The position numbers were made by a program, and so were the translations under genes. Positions 1 through 10,930 of a DNA stretch of 64,000 nucleotides are shown here, piece after piece. The DNA comes from a virus, in IMG/VR virus record IMGVR_UViG_3300025585_000040, positions 1 through 64,000 of that record. One strand, given 5' to 3'. The first letter of the stretch is position 1. The number at the start of each line of letters is the position of its first letter. Under the pieces are notes generated by a model. It saw only the letters and a list, made by a program, of their open reading frames with translations, was not told the origin of the DNA and did not search any database.

Positions 1-300
1 TGATAGAGAATCGCCCCTCTATACGGAGTGGGTGATTCGTGATCCTGAAGATCCGATCAACGTGCGTTCACCAGGGCGGATTCGTTCAATTCCCGACCCT
101 CTTTGGCAGTCTGCGCGACCGCAAAGGCCTGTTGCTTCGTAGTGCGGGCCAGTTTCTTCTGATTGGACTTGATGTAGGTGATGAATGCTGCGTTCATTGT
201 CTTGATTCTGTAACTATTTATACAGTATCAGAACGGGAAAAATGCTGTAGTTCGCCGCGTAACACTGCTTTATGGTACTTCTGTACTAGCGCCCCGTGTA

Positions 301-368
301 TTGGCACTTCCAACGACCTAGCCAATACTCCACCCCGAAAAGGGGTGACACCACCCCCAAACGGGGTG
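301..368 (+). promoter_or_regulatory. Putative sigma70-type promoter followed by two tandem palindromes
   Basis: TTGGCA (301-306), 17-bp spacer, AATACT (324-329); then CACCCCgaaaaGGGGTG (331-347) and CACCCCcaaacGGGGTG (352-368). Confidence 0.4.
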
Positions 369-839
369 ACTCCGTCCCACCACAACCACCACCATGCCCA
401 CCACCAGTACTCACTCCTCAAGCGAGTTGCATCAGCCGACAGTCTCGCTATCGTACTACGCAGCTGGTCGACACCAGATCATCAGCTTCGCTACCTCCAG
501 CCCTGAGTTCCGCATCGCAATCCAAACTCTGAACGAACAGCGTCGCCCGTTCCGAATCATCTACCACTGAATCAAATGAATGAATCCAACCAACCGTTTG
601 ACATGATGAGTGATGAATGGCTCGATGAATTTGAACGGAACTGGGGAATCACTCCCCAAGCTGATAGCACTGATAAAGAACACCAGCGCAGAAACAGCAA
701 AAGAACCACAGATTCAGATCAAGGGGAAAGCTGTCCATCTGGAGAGTGAGTAGAAATACCTACGCCCTTCAGTTTGCCGCTCCTTCCGCTCAATACCTGT
801 AACCCGCGACACATTGTCAACACATCAACACAAACCACC

Positions 840-1214
840 ATGATCTTCCAAGTCTTCCGTCACCGTAATCCGGTCCTCGTTGAACAATTCCTCATCAACT
901 CAACAGAAGGGCTCGACCCCAGCAAAATCCTCAGTCCTGATCAAAACCTAACGGCGCAGCAGCTGAAAGCGATGCACACCTTCGCATCGATGCGTCAGGT
1001 AGCAGAAGACGCAGATATGTGTTTCGCCGCAACATTCGTTACGCCCTCTGGCCATCACTACACCACTACAAATCTCCCAGGGGTAGCGGAAGCAAACAAC
1101 ATCCTTCAATACCTCCTATCTATACCGTTCGGAGAAGAAGTAACAGAAGGCTGTCTCCGTCTCGTTGAAACAGAGGATGGAGTACAACTTCAAATCGTGG
1201 CAGACGCACAATAA
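840..1214 (+). CDS. Hypothetical early protein
   Basis: ORF in C/A-rich early-type region; ATG at 840 preferred over the TTG at 774. Confidence 0.55.
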   Translation: MIFQVFRHRNPVLVEQFLINSTEGLDPSKILSPDQNLTAQQLKAMHTFASMRQVAEDADMCFAATFVTPSGHHYTTTNLPGVAEANNILQYLLSIPFGEEVTEGCLRLVETEDGVQLQIVADAQ

Positions 1215-1300
1215 GCTACTTGCGAATAATTCTCAACAACCCCTAAAGGTAAAAGAAAAGCATCGCCCTCCTAATGTGAATCAATACATCCCTTTTCACC

Positions 1301-1627
1301 ATGAGCTACAACATCTGGAATGCCATCGCCTATGAAATAACCAACCTACTGATCAACTACGACGCACGTTGGGAGCTGAATCAATGGGTCCGGATGATCC
1401 GTAGTCACTGCTTCCCCGACTGGGTCGAATGGAAGACAGAACGAACCATGAAGAATGTCGATCGTCAAATCGAAGACATCCAAGCTATGCAACAACTCGA
1501 ACACGACAAGAAGTACGTCACCCCGATCATCATCGAACACGAACCAGATGGTTCCAAGGCTCAAGAATTGTTAGGAGGAACACTTCAAATCAAGGCTCCA
1601 TGGGTTGACGGTAGTCAAAACAAGTAA
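1301..1627 (+). CDS. Hypothetical protein
   Basis: 108-aa ORF, ATG start, tight packing with neighbours. Confidence 0.6.
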   Translation: MSYNIWNAIAYEITNLLINYDARWELNQWVRMIRSHCFPDWVEWKTERTMKNVDRQIEDIQAMQQLEHDKKYVTPIIIEHEPDGSKAQELLGGTLQIKAPWVDGSQNK

Positions 1628-1673
1628 AGGAAGCTACACTGCAGTGAACCTATACACCTACACAATCCGAATC

Positions 1674-1919
1674 ATGGCTTCGAGCGAATCGATTGAAAAG
1701 CATTTCAAGGCCATCCTCGAGAAAATCAACAGCATCATCTACACGCTCGATGATCTCCTAGAGGACCCCATCTTCCTGGACACAATTCACGGCGAACAAG
1801 AGCTGAGCCTCGACCTAGCCCTCGAGGTTCTTGACGGTATCGCAACTAAGTTCGAGCCCCAGGTGGAGGTAAAGCCTCAATATCCTCTCGTTGAAGACGA
1901 TAGTTTCGATGTTGACTGA
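1674..1919 (+). CDS. Hypothetical acidic protein
   Basis: ORF; likely start MASSES at 1674. Confidence 0.55.
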   Translation: MASSESIEKHFKAILEKINSIIYTLDDLLEDPIFLDTIHGEQELSLDLALEVLDGIATKFEPQVEVKPQYPLVEDDSFDVD

Positions 1920-1980
1920 GAAGCCAGCCGGGGCTAGATAACTTAATCTAAAATGTAGATAATAGATAGCTCTTTACCCT

Positions 1981-3327
1981 GTGGCATATATTGGTGTCCA
2001 ACCAAAAGCAGGACAGTATCGTAAGCTTGACGATATTTCCAGTGGGTTTAACGGTGCCACAACAACCTTCACTACGTCGGTTGATGGAGATAACGTAACA
2101 GCTCCGGCACCACAACAACTGCTGGTATCTATTGGTGGTGTAATCCAACAACCCAATGTTGATTACGTCACCAATACGAACAGCATTACATTTACAACTG
2201 CACCCACTGCTGGATTAAGCTTCTTCGCGATCCTTATGGGTGACGCCGTTAACATCGGTACCCCCAGTGATGGAAGCGTTACAACGGCAAAACTTGTAAA
2301 TGACAGTGTAACGACTGCGAAATTGGACTCTGCTGGGATCGCACCGATCGTAACCAGCCTTAACGGCGGACCACTGAGTGGCGCTAGGAACCGCATCATC
2401 AACGGTGATATGCGGATTGATCAGCGCAATGCTGGGGCGAGTGTTGGCACTGGTTCCGGTCTAGGCGTCTATACCGTTGATCGGTGGGCAGTCAGTTACG
2501 CACAGACCAATAAACTTACAGCGCAACAAAGCTCTGTTGCCCCCACAGGATTCAAAAACTCTCTTTTAATAACGTCCTCTTCTTCTTACAGCGTTCTCGC
2601 TGGTGATTACTTCTTTCTCCGGCAACACGTTGAAGGATTTAATACTGCTGATTTTGGGTGGGGTGCTGCAGGAGCACAAACGGTTACGTTGTCATTCTGG
2701 GTCAGGTCGTCATTAACTGGCACCTTTGGTGGTTCGTTTAGAAATAACAGCACAAACCGAAGCTATCCATTCACTTATACTATTTCTGCTGCAAATACTT
2801 GGGAGCAAAAAACTGTCACAGTTGCTGGAGATACTTCCGGTACATGGACAACTGACAACACAAGTGGGATCGAGATTGATTTTGCGCTTGGTGTTGGATC
2901 AACATTCAGCGGAACGGCGGGCTCTTGGTCGGGCAGCAATTTTGTTTCTGCCACTGGAGCTACCTCAGTCGTCGGCACCAACGGAGCCACGTTCTATATC
3001 ACGGGCGTCCAACTCGAAGCCGGAACCGTCGCCACCCCGTTTGAACGCAGGAGCTACGGGCAGGAGCTGGCGTTGTGTCAGAGGTATTACGAACAAGGAG
3101 ATTACTACATCCGAGCTGGCGTGTCGAACGCAAGTATCGTCACAAGTTACTATACATCGTGTTACTTTATGGTCGAAAAACGTATAGTTCCGACTGTTAC
3201 CGGGACGAATGATCAAGGCACGTTTGCTGTCCAAAACATACGAACAAACACTGCAGGAGTTGGTCGCAGCGATACTGTTGCAAACGTAAACAACAGCGGT
3301 ACATTTATTGCAGCTGCGGAGCTTTGA
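1981..3327 (+). CDS. Tail fibre / receptor-binding-type protein, module copy 1
   Basis: N-terminus MAYIG..LDDISSGFNG; NGGPL..RNRIINGDMRI and VQLEAGTVATPFERRSYGQELALCQRYY motifs shared with three paralogs; S/T/G-rich. Confidence 0.75.
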   Translation: MAYIGVQPKAGQYRKLDDISSGFNGATTTFTTSVDGDNVTAPAPQQLLVSIGGVIQQPNVDYVTNTNSITFTTAPTAGLSFFAILMGDAVNIGTPSDGSVTTAKLVNDSVTTAKLDSAGIAPIVTSLNGGPLSGARNRIINGDMRIDQRNAGASVGTGSGLGVYTVDRWAVSYAQTNKLTAQQSSVAPTGFKNSLLITSSSSYSVLAGDYFFLRQHVEGFNTADFGWGAAGAQTVTLSFWVRSSLTGTFGGSFRNNSTNRSYPFTYTISAANTWEQKTVTVAGDTSGTWTTDNTSGIEIDFALGVGSTFSGTAGSWSGSNFVSATGATSVVGTNGATFYITGVQLEAGTVATPFERRSYGQELALCQRYYEQGDYYIRAGVSNASIVTSYYTSCYFMVEKRIVPTVTGTNDQGTFAVQNIRTNTAGVGRSDTVANVNNSGTFIAAAEL

Positions 3328-3330
3328 TCA

Positions 3331-3564
3331 ATGACTTACCAACTTGTTGAACCTGGACTTATCAAACGACTCGCCGACGACGCCTTCATCCCACTCGCCG
3401 AAGGCAACACCGACTACCAGGCGTACCTCGCTTGGCTCGATGAAGGCAACACCCCCTTGCCTGCCCCTGAGCCTGAACCCGCCCCAGTGCTCACCACTGA
3501 GCAGAAGCTGAACGCCGCTGGGTTGACCGTGGCGGAACTGAAGGAACTGTTTGGGTTGGCGTAA
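3331..3564 (+). CDS. Putative tail fibre assembly chaperone, copy 1
   Basis: [20 protein letters not shown] motif; directly follows the fibre gene; paralogs at 50203 and 52070. Confidence 0.7.
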   Translation: MTYQLVEPGLIKRLADDAFIPLAEGNTDYQAYLAWLDEGNTPLPAPEPEPAPVLTTEQKLNAAGLTVAELKELFGLA

Positions 3565-3693
3565 AATTACCCAAAACCCCTGGTACGACTGGGTCGATCA
3601 GTTAACTTAATGTTTGTTAAGTTAATATGTTTCCGGTAATGGAATAGTATGGTCGACTCTGTGGTGTTAAAATAGAAAATAAATTATAGAAAA

Positions 3694-4065
3694 ATGGGTT
3701 CTACCGTAAAACGAGAAGGAAAATATCAATATCAGATCGCACCGACTCCAGATAGTCCTTCCAGAATGGCCGGTAACGTTATAACTATGCCAGCGGAGCT
3801 TGGGAAGGAGATCGATCCGAGAAACCGTTATCGGACCACGGGGGAAGAATCGTTCAAACAAGAACCGTTAGTGACGGAACAACCATTTGCACAGCCACAA
3901 CAACCTACTCAGACTCCACAACCTCAAGAAAGACGTAGAACAGGCACCTCGAATGTATCTTGGCATGACTTATTGCGGACGAAAAGTGATAAAGCATTCA
4001 GCGCTACGATTATTCAAAATGTTATGGAAGATGGGAACTTGCTCGGCCGAAAGAAAAACAATTAA
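3694..4065 (+). CDS. Hypothetical protein
   Basis: 123-aa ORF downstream of an AT-rich promoter-like region. Confidence 0.5.
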   Translation: MGSTVKREGKYQYQIAPTPDSPSRMAGNVITMPAELGKEIDPRNRYRTTGEESFKQEPLVTEQPFAQPQQPTQTPQPQERRRTGTSNVSWHDLLRTKSDKAFSATIIQNVMEDGNLLGRKKNN

Positions 4066-4284
4066 AGAATACAAAATAAAATCGCTTCACACTATCGACT
4101 AAACTGGGTTCCTCTCCAGGGTCTCTTTCGATGGATCCGATCTTCGTTCCCTTCATCGTCCAGGCCGCCTGCCAAATCGGCATAAGGGCAGGCGTCTGCC
4201 TGGGCGAACCACAAGTTCAACGAGCACCGACGTTGCCGGAACTGGTTACGATGCCTATCATTAACCAGTATCAGTACAGCTACT

Positions 4285-4632
4285 ATGACTATATGTACAG
4301 GTAAAAAGGACGTAACTGAAGACCAGTTCCAAATCCTCCTGGCGAACGTCATGGACAACTTCGACTTCGAGAAGGTCCACGATGTCATGGTCGAACTGGA
4401 TTGGCAATGGATCCACGTCAGTAGCGGAGAACTGAAGGTACCAACTGTCTTACAACTGAAGAACAGCGCCAGGCGTTACCTACGCCGTGCGTTCGATGGT
4501 TGCCACACCGTAGGAAGCGGGGGCCTCGAAGCCTCCTACCACCCTCCGATCGACGACGAGGACCCGGCTGGCTTTCTCTCTTTGAAATTCATCTTGGAAG
4601 AGTGGGACACAGAGGGCTGCCCAGTCGACTAA
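4285..4632 (+). CDS. Hypothetical phage protein
   Basis: 115-aa ORF (MDNFDFEKVHDVM..W.W). Confidence 0.6.
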   Translation: MTICTGKKDVTEDQFQILLANVMDNFDFEKVHDVMVELDWQWIHVSSGELKVPTVLQLKNSARRYLRRAFDGCHTVGSGGLEASYHPPIDDEDPAGFLSLKFILEEWDTEGCPVD

Positions 4633-5550
4633 ACCTGTGGTAGGGTTACGGCGTGGTTCGGGGGTGCGCCAGCTACCTCCTGCCACACCACACAACCGCA
4701 CGCACAACCATGACAATGTTCATCCCCAGGGAGCAGCTGAACAATATGCTGCAAGCCCAAGCCAACCAAGTACTGACCAATAGCACCGATCCAACCGCCC
4801 GTCTGATCGCGCTCAACACGTTGGCGAACACCCAACCCAGGCAGCCTGCCGATCTGATGCAGCCAATCCCCATCAATAACAGCACCGACAGCTGGGGCTG
4901 GATCGACGAGATTTTCTGATCAGAAAAGCTTAACAATTCCTCCCTGTTCTGGGAGCCCGACCATTGCTACCTTGGGACTCCAAACCCCAGTGGTAGCAAT
5001 GGTTTTCGAGTATTTACGGGACCTGAAAAAGATAGATTTATTCCCTCGAAAATGAAGTACGCGGATGAAATAAAGCGATGGAAAACTCACTCGAAATCAG
5101 CAGCCGACTGGCCTGGGCAGTACTGGCACAGACACCCACCGGACGGAGCGAAGTAGTCAAGATCACAACAGATTGTTACGACGCAGATCGTACAATCCAG
5201 GACAATCCAACCCTCTACTTCAAGAGCGGTCCGTTTATCCTCCCGGCCTGAAAAAAGCTGCTAGGCTTGGCGGGCTTCCAAAAAGCGATGAAATTCCCCG
5301 TGACCTCGTACGTGGTCTTCGTTCATAACGGAGATATTGGCACGCACGCACCAGCATTCCCAACGTGGGACGAAGCCGAAGAATTCGCAAACTCACTGAG
5401 AGTCGTGAGTTCTAATCTTGTAGTCAGTGAACCATATCCTGTCACTCCGGTGCAGGAGATCACCTTCAAACCTAGAGTCAAGGTTGAAGATTAATAAGTT
5501 GCAGAGCTGTGTTATCCTTGTGGTATCACAGCTTTTTTGTAGGTAAAGTT

Positions 5551-5802
5551 ATGGCCAAGGTGCTGAGTGTCAGTGTACCTGAAGTGCTGTATGAGAAGTG
5601 GCGAGAGTCGGATATTGATATCAGCCCTTCCACACTGTTCCAATCTGCACTGGAGACTGAACTGAACAAAACGAATCAGTTTCTACGTTACTGGAGCGAA
5701 AGGGCATTAAAAGCTGAAAAGAAGTTAAAGATTATCAGCGAGTTACTCCAGGCAAAAGATCAAGATGTGAAGAAGTTTCTTGTGTTTGCGGATACGGAGT
5801 GA
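5551..5802 (+). CDS. Ribbon-helix-helix, CcdA/antitoxin-like protein
   Basis: MAKVLSVSVPEVLYEKW..ISPSTLFQSALETEL fits a beta-strand plus two-helix RHH pattern. Confidence 0.45.
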   Translation: MAKVLSVSVPEVLYEKWRESDIDISPSTLFQSALETELNKTNQFLRYWSERALKAEKKLKIISELLQAKDQDVKKFLVFADTE

Positions 5803-6191
5803 GTTGTCAGAGATTCACCCTTCGCTAGGATAGTGTGAATCGCTAAAAGATGATGGACCTGAATAAGGCCACACGGCACTTCTACTCAATCGAATTAACA
5901 AACGATGAAAGGCTAGAAGCTGCTGCAATGATGGATGCGCTACGAGATGAGGGGATGATCCCTTTGAATATGAATATGGGTCACTTCCTGAGGGAATGTT
6001 TTGCTCGTGGGTATAACGATTACCGCAAAGATTTAGTCCGTAACGACTGATTCAAATTAATCGTTAATTTTATTTGCAGCAAAGTAGTGTACTGCTACTA
6101 AGTTACAAATAGAATCAATAGAAAAAGAAGACTGAATCGCATCCACCGCCAGGTGGTCTATATCTAGAATAGAAAGATACGTCTGTAAGAG

Positions 6192-6419
6192 ATGTCAAGA
6201 GATTACAAAGAAGAATATCGAGAGTATCACGGCCGCCCGGAGCAAATTAAGCGTCGGGCTGCCCGTGTAATGGCACGTCGCCATAAAGAACGGAATGGTG
6301 AAGCCCGTAAAGGAGACGGGAGAGACGTAGACCACAAGAATGGTAACCCGCTCGATAACCGACCGGAGAATCTTCGGATGCGGGATCGCAGTGCGAACCG
6401 TGGTGACAAGTCGAAGTAA
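6192..6419 (+). CDS. Small HNH endonuclease
   Basis: DVDHKNGNPLDNRPENLR..SANR HNH motif. Confidence 0.8.
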   Translation: MSRDYKEEYREYHGRPEQIKRRAARVMARRHKERNGEARKGDGRDVDHKNGNPLDNRPENLRMRDRSANRGDKSK

Positions 6420-6700
6420 AAGAAGGTAGAGCTCCGCCCGGCACCAGCGAAGCCCCATATATAAATAGAGTAGAAGTAACTACAGGTAAACTAAACCAAC
6501 AAGAAATCCTTAAGAAAAGCTGAAGATCTCTACCCAAAAGAAAAGGGTCAGGTACCACCCCGACCCCCTGAGACACACAACACACTATGGGGAGTCTTCC
6601 AACCATGCACCCAACAGGCCGGAGCAACCGGCCACTTGCAATCTAGCGAGTTTCGGGTATCCTGGTCAAGCCAGCGGGTCAAACCCTGGCGCACACTACG

Positions 6701-7157
6701 ATGTCCAACCGTGTCGACCTTCCAATTCAAGGCGGTGCAGCTTCTCCAGCTGGGAGAATCTGATAACCCCACCATCCAACTTGAGGATGGAACCCTGACA
6801 ATCTCGGCTAATCGTGACGGGGATCAAATTCTCATCACGACTCCCGTGCCTAGTACATTTGAACTGACTAAGCAAATTAGTCAGCCCATGCCCGAGAAGC
6901 GAGTCGTAAAAACCTCGCGACGAAAAAATCGATACTGGGATCGAAACGCACCTCGAGGCGAGGATCACGTCAAATCGAAACTGAAGGAACAGGATATCCG
7001 CGAAATGCGTGCTCTGTTCCGCGATGAGAAATACCGTAAAGGATTCGGAAGCTTGTACGCAATGTACATCGACATTGCGAAAGCCTATGACGTTCACTAC
7101 ACCACGGTGTACAAGATCGTCCACGGTCAAAGCTGGAGGCACGTGAAAGATGCCTGA
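6701..7157 (+). CDS. HTH DNA-binding protein (start uncertain)
   Basis: RGEDHVKSKLKEQDIREMR..IAKAYDVHYTTVYKIVHGQSWRHV resembles the C-terminal HTH of phage HNH proteins; no nuclease motif seen; the 5' coordinate is approximate. Confidence 0.55.
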
Positions 7158-7509
7158 TAAGATCTATTCCGTCCGCGTGGCGAAGGGTGATGGTCAACCC
7201 ATCGACCTCACAATTCGCGCCAAATCTGGTGTCCAGGCCCAGGATGAAGCCCGTCGTCAGCAGCCTGGCGCACGTCTGGTTTACATCCTGGGGGCACAGC
7301 CTGCACCTCACATCTTCTTTACCGAAGAACCGCCGGCTCCTGTATCAATTGATACTGAAATCCCGGTATGTGAAGGTGACGTTCAGCGCCAAGAGCAGAT
7401 TAAAACCTGCTTGACAATGCGTCACTCAGGGCAGTCACACGCTTCAATCGCTGGCTTACTGAACGTCAGCAAATCAACAGTTGGGCGCTGGCTCAAACAG
7501 TACGGCTGA
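7150..7509 (+). CDS. HTH domain protein
   Basis: GQSHASIAGLLNVSKSTVGRWL. Confidence 0.7.
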   Translation: MPDKIYSVRVAKGDGQPIDLTIRAKSGVQAQDEARRQQPGARLVYILGAQPAPHIFFTEEPPAPVSIDTEIPVCEGDVQRQEQIKTCLTMRHSGQSHASIAGLLNVSKSTVGRWLKQYG

Positions 7510-7704
7510 TGTAATCTGTGGCCAGGTACTTTCTGGCCATGATTGAGATCAGTGAAAAAGACGGACTCCGAGTCGAATTTGAGGAGGAGTCCTCTACTTT
7601 TTCGTTCGTCTGGGACAATGTCACCCATCCAGAGTGGAACTTCCTGAAGGACATGACGAGCGAAGACTTCACCCAAATGCTTCAAGATTATCTCGACTAC
7701 TGCA

Positions 7705-8019
7705 ATGGCAACCAAGAAGAAACAGGTCTTCAAGGTGGGGGATCGTGTTGCGGAACGCCCGAAATCAACGATGATTCCAGGGCTCCGGCTTGAGTCAAGG
7801 GAGAGAATCGCTCAGTACACAGTACAGCGTTACGGCGTTGTCGTTGATGTGTACACAAAAATGAGTGCTTCCCCAGGAAAGAAACCCATCAAACTGTCCT
7901 GCTTGAAGATTCTGTGGGACGGAATGAAAACCCCAAGTGAACACGCTCAAATGAGGATCTGCCATGAGTCAGAGCTGGAAAACATTCGGGAAGGCTTCTA
8001 CCATGCAACAGGAGGTTGA
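7705..8019 (+). CDS. Hypothetical protein (SH3/KOW-like)
   Basis: FKVGDRV..GVVVDV..ILWD pattern. Confidence 0.5.
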   Translation: MATKKKQVFKVGDRVAERPKSTMIPGLRLESRERIAQYTVQRYGVVVDVYTKMSASPGKKPIKLSCLKILWDGMKTPSEHAQMRICHESELENIREGFYHATGG

Positions 8020-8365
8020 TCTGGACCGCAAGCGGAAATGCGATCAACTGCGCGGTTGGATTGCAGAGTACCTCGACGAAGGCATGACGAATGAGTTCTG
8101 GGAGGATCTCAAATTTATCTTGAAAGAAGAACAAGATAAATTCCTTCAGATGGCTAAGAATTATTCAGATGTCCTCGAGATGATGGACCGTGAAACCTAA
8201 CTACTACGCAATCATTGAGGAATGTTTGGAGTTAGGCGTACCTAGAGGGTACAGGCGGGCTCACAAACATAACGAAGCCCCTTCCGAAGAAACAATCTTT
8301 TTAGAGATTGAAGAGGCAGTAATGGCTGAAATCTGTCAACGATTCTTCTTTGATCAAGAAGAGAA

Positions 8366-8725
8366 ATGATGTTCCCACCTCAGCTCCAGACATGCCCAGT
8401 ATGTAGGGAGCCTCAGCTCAAAACAATCGAATCCAGGCCATCGAAGGCATCAACGCGACGCCGTAAACAGTGTGGAGCGTGCGGTCACCGCGTGACGACA
8501 CACGAGGTTTCGGTTGAGTTTTACAACCAGGCAAAAGAAAACGCGATCCTGGTAGAGAAGTTCCGTAAACTGCTCGGTGCTTCTGCCGCTCAGACAGAGC
8601 AGGAAGAGTTCAAGTGTCCCACCTGTAAGTACAACATCGGCGGGGACTATTGTTCTTTCGATCTGCCCGAGTACAATACCAGCGATTGTTATGACTGCAA
8701 CCACTACGAACACCAGGCACCATGA
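8366..8725 (+). CDS. NrdR-like Zn-ribbon protein
   Basis: CPVC..TIESR..RRRKQCGACGHRVTTHE, plus a second Cys cluster. Confidence 0.65.
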   Translation: MMFPPQLQTCPVCREPQLKTIESRPSKASTRRRKQCGACGHRVTTHEVSVEFYNQAKENAILVEKFRKLLGASAAQTEQEEFKCPTCKYNIGGDYCSFDLPEYNTSDCYDCNHYEHQAP

Positions 8726-8892
8726 GTAAAGAAAAGATCCTGACCTCAGGAAGCTTCGACCCGCTCACCGAAGAGTACGTTCTATCGATCTCCAGCGGTG
8801 GTTTGATTGTAAGCTTCGATTTCTTGCGCGAGGAAGATCTCCGAGAGATTCGTTCCTGCATCAACTGCCTTCTCCCCTCTGAAGATTGAACC

Positions 8893-9549
8893 ATGACCAG
8901 CGTCGAATTAGTTTGGATCACGCCAGGGGCTGAGAACGTAATCAGCTACTGCGCCAGGGTCAGTAATCCTCAGAATCAGTATAACTACGACACGGCACCA
9001 GGGCTGCTCAAGTATTGCATCAAGAATCGCCACTGGAGTATCTTCGAGATGGCGAATATGTGTGTTGAAATTAACACAACTCGCGCAATTTCAGCCCAGA
9101 TTCTGCGTCACAGGTCCTTTTCCTTCCAGGAAATGTCAACGCGTTACCAAGACATTAGTGTTCTGGGCGGTAGCGTGATTCCACATCTGCGTCGGCAGGA
9201 TAATAAGAATCGTCAAAATTCAATTGATGATCTTGATACGGAATCAGTACAAGGTTACTACCGTCGAATCAGTACCTTATTTGAAGAAGCTGAGCACCTC
9301 TATAAAGAGATGGTGAGCGACGGTGTGGCTAAGGAGTGCGCCAGGAACATCCTTCCGCTCGCTACTCCGACACGGCTCTACATGCAAGGCTCAATCCGGT
9401 CATGGATAACCTACATTGCCCTTCGTGAGAAGCACGGAACTCAGCGTGAACACATGCTGATCGCAAAGGACGTGAAAAAGATCTTCTGTGGGCAGATGCC
9501 GGTCATCTCGGATGCCCTTGGTGGAGAGGCGGCTGACTGGGAGGTTTAA
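8893..9549 (+). CDS. thyX: Flavin-dependent thymidylate synthase
   Basis: HWSIFE, RHRSFSFQEMSTRY (RHRxxSxxxxSxR), KECARNILP. Confidence 0.95.
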   Translation: MTSVELVWITPGAENVISYCARVSNPQNQYNYDTAPGLLKYCIKNRHWSIFEMANMCVEINTTRAISAQILRHRSFSFQEMSTRYQDISVLGGSVIPHLRRQDNKNRQNSIDDLDTESVQGYYRRISTLFEEAEHLYKEMVSDGVAKECARNILPLATPTRLYMQGSIRSWITYIALREKHGTQREHMLIAKDVKKIFCGQMPVISDALGGEAADWEV

Positions 9550-9591
9550 TCTCACTAAGCGCACAAGATCTACACACTACGAGGTTCAACA

Positions 9592-9927
9592 ATGACTCAA
9601 GAACATCCGATTACCCCATCGTCGGAACTGGTGGAGAAGTGGTACGAGGCCATAGACAACTCGTCCACATCCTGGAAGCAGGAGCTAACTACCCAAGCCG
9701 CCCGCTGGGGCGCTGATCAGGAATTGGAAGCGTGCTGTAAGTGGCTGGTCAAAAACGACTGGAAGGCTGTGCATCAACATCTCCGCGCCGCAAGACGCCC
9801 AAAGCCGCTGAGCTTAAAGGAAAAGGCGCTACTGCAGCTAGATACGCTCAATGCAGATCTGGGTATGCACGGCCTGGGATGCGACCTGTCCCAAATCCGC
9901 CGCGCTCTTGAATCCCTGCCCGATTAG
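9592..9927 (+). CDS. HPITP-family small protein, copy 1
   Basis: HPITP..ELV, WGADQELEAC and SLKE.AL..RALE.LPD shared with the gene at 10598. Confidence 0.7.
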   Translation: MTQEHPITPSSELVEKWYEAIDNSSTSWKQELTTQAARWGADQELEACCKWLVKNDWKAVHQHLRAARRPKPLSLKEKALLQLDTLNADLGMHGLGCDLSQIRRALESLPD

Positions 9928-9948
9928 TCAACATCACTTCTCTTCCTC

Positions 9949-10164
9949 ATGACAAAACTTACACCCGCTGCAGAATCAGTCCACAATGCTTTTTGGTCTG
10001 GGCATGAGTATCCGGATAGTCTCAGCAATGAAGATCTTGCTGCTGCTCTTCGCGCTGCTGCGAACTATGACCCGCCCGACAATCCCGATGCTGCGTACGA
10101 CATGGGTTGGTATGCAGCAATGGAATTCATCCAATCCATTGCTGAAGAACTTGAAGCCCAATGA
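9949..10164 (+). CDS. ELEAQ-family small helical protein, copy 1
   Basis: MT.L.PAA..V / AAALRAAA / IA.ELEAQ blocks. Confidence 0.7.
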   Translation: MTKLTPAAESVHNAFWSGHEYPDSLSNEDLAAALRAAANYDPPDNPDAAYDMGWYAAMEFIQSIAEELEAQ

Positions 10165-10385
10165 CTAAACTCTCACCTGCTGCTGAAGCCGTGCTTGACG
10201 CGGCACTGCCTCACGTGGTTCACCGCTACTCCGTTGCCGCCGCCCTTCGCGCCGCTGCGGATCAGGTGGTGCCACCCGCACTTGAAGAGGAGTTCAACGA
10301 CAGGAATCAAGCGTTGCCGTTGAAGAAGATGGTGGAGATTCGTCAGAAGCTCAACGCCATTGCCGACGAGCTTGAAGCGCAGTAG
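10161..10385 (+). CDS. ELEAQ-family protein, copy 2
   Basis: Same three blocks; ATGA overlap with copy 1. Confidence 0.7.
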   Translation: MTKLSPAAEAVLDAALPHVVHRYSVAAALRAAADQVVPPALEEEFNDRNQALPLKKMVEIRQKLNAIADELEAQ

Positions 10386-10597
10386 ACCACCTCACATCGA
10401 GGTCTGGCTCAACTATCCGGAATTACCGGATGGTTGGGCTTGGCATTAAAAAGGAGCAGGATCTCACCCCTGCCCCCATGCAACGGAATGTCACAACCGT
10501 TGCGGTGCTTTGTCAGCCGCAGCACTGTAGCACATGGTAGTATGGTGGAGCAGCGGTGCGTCAACACCCTGCCCCTGGCCACAGTTCCCTAGAAACC

Positions 10598-10930
10598 ATG
10601 ACCCAAGAATCTTATAGGCACCCCATCACCCCACCGCCGGAGCTGGTGCAGCAGTGGATCAACGAGGAATATGGCCTCACTGCGGGGCACATCGCCGCCC
10701 GCGCTGCCCAATGGGGCGCCGACCAGGAGCTGGAGGCGTGCCTAAGGCTGGTTGAAATTGACGCTGGTGAGGATGCTTATGACTTTGCTCGCTACATCCG
10801 CGCCGCCCGCCGCCCCGAGTCGCCGAGCTTGAAGGAGCAGGCGCTAAAGGCAGCGCGCATTGAGCTTGTCGAAGGCGGCAAGAACGCTGAATTGATCTTG
10901 CGCGCACTGGAGGCGTTGCCCGATGACTGA
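10598..10930 (+). CDS. HPITP-family protein, copy 2
   Basis: Paralog of 9592; ATG at 10598. Confidence 0.7.
   Translation: MTQESYRHPITPPPELVQQWINEEYGLTAGHIAARAAQWGADQELEACLRLVEIDAGEDAYDFARYIRAARRPESPSLKEQALKAARIELVEGGKNAELILRALEALPDD

Noticed and set aside
39-532. Long overlapping ORFs at the window start
   Set aside because: They span the promoter and palindrome region, have atypical composition, and conflict with one another.
3602-3625. TTAACTTAA-N6-TTAAGTTAA as a pho box
   Set aside because: It is an inverted repeat, whereas cyanobacterial pho boxes are direct repeats; no regulator can be assigned.
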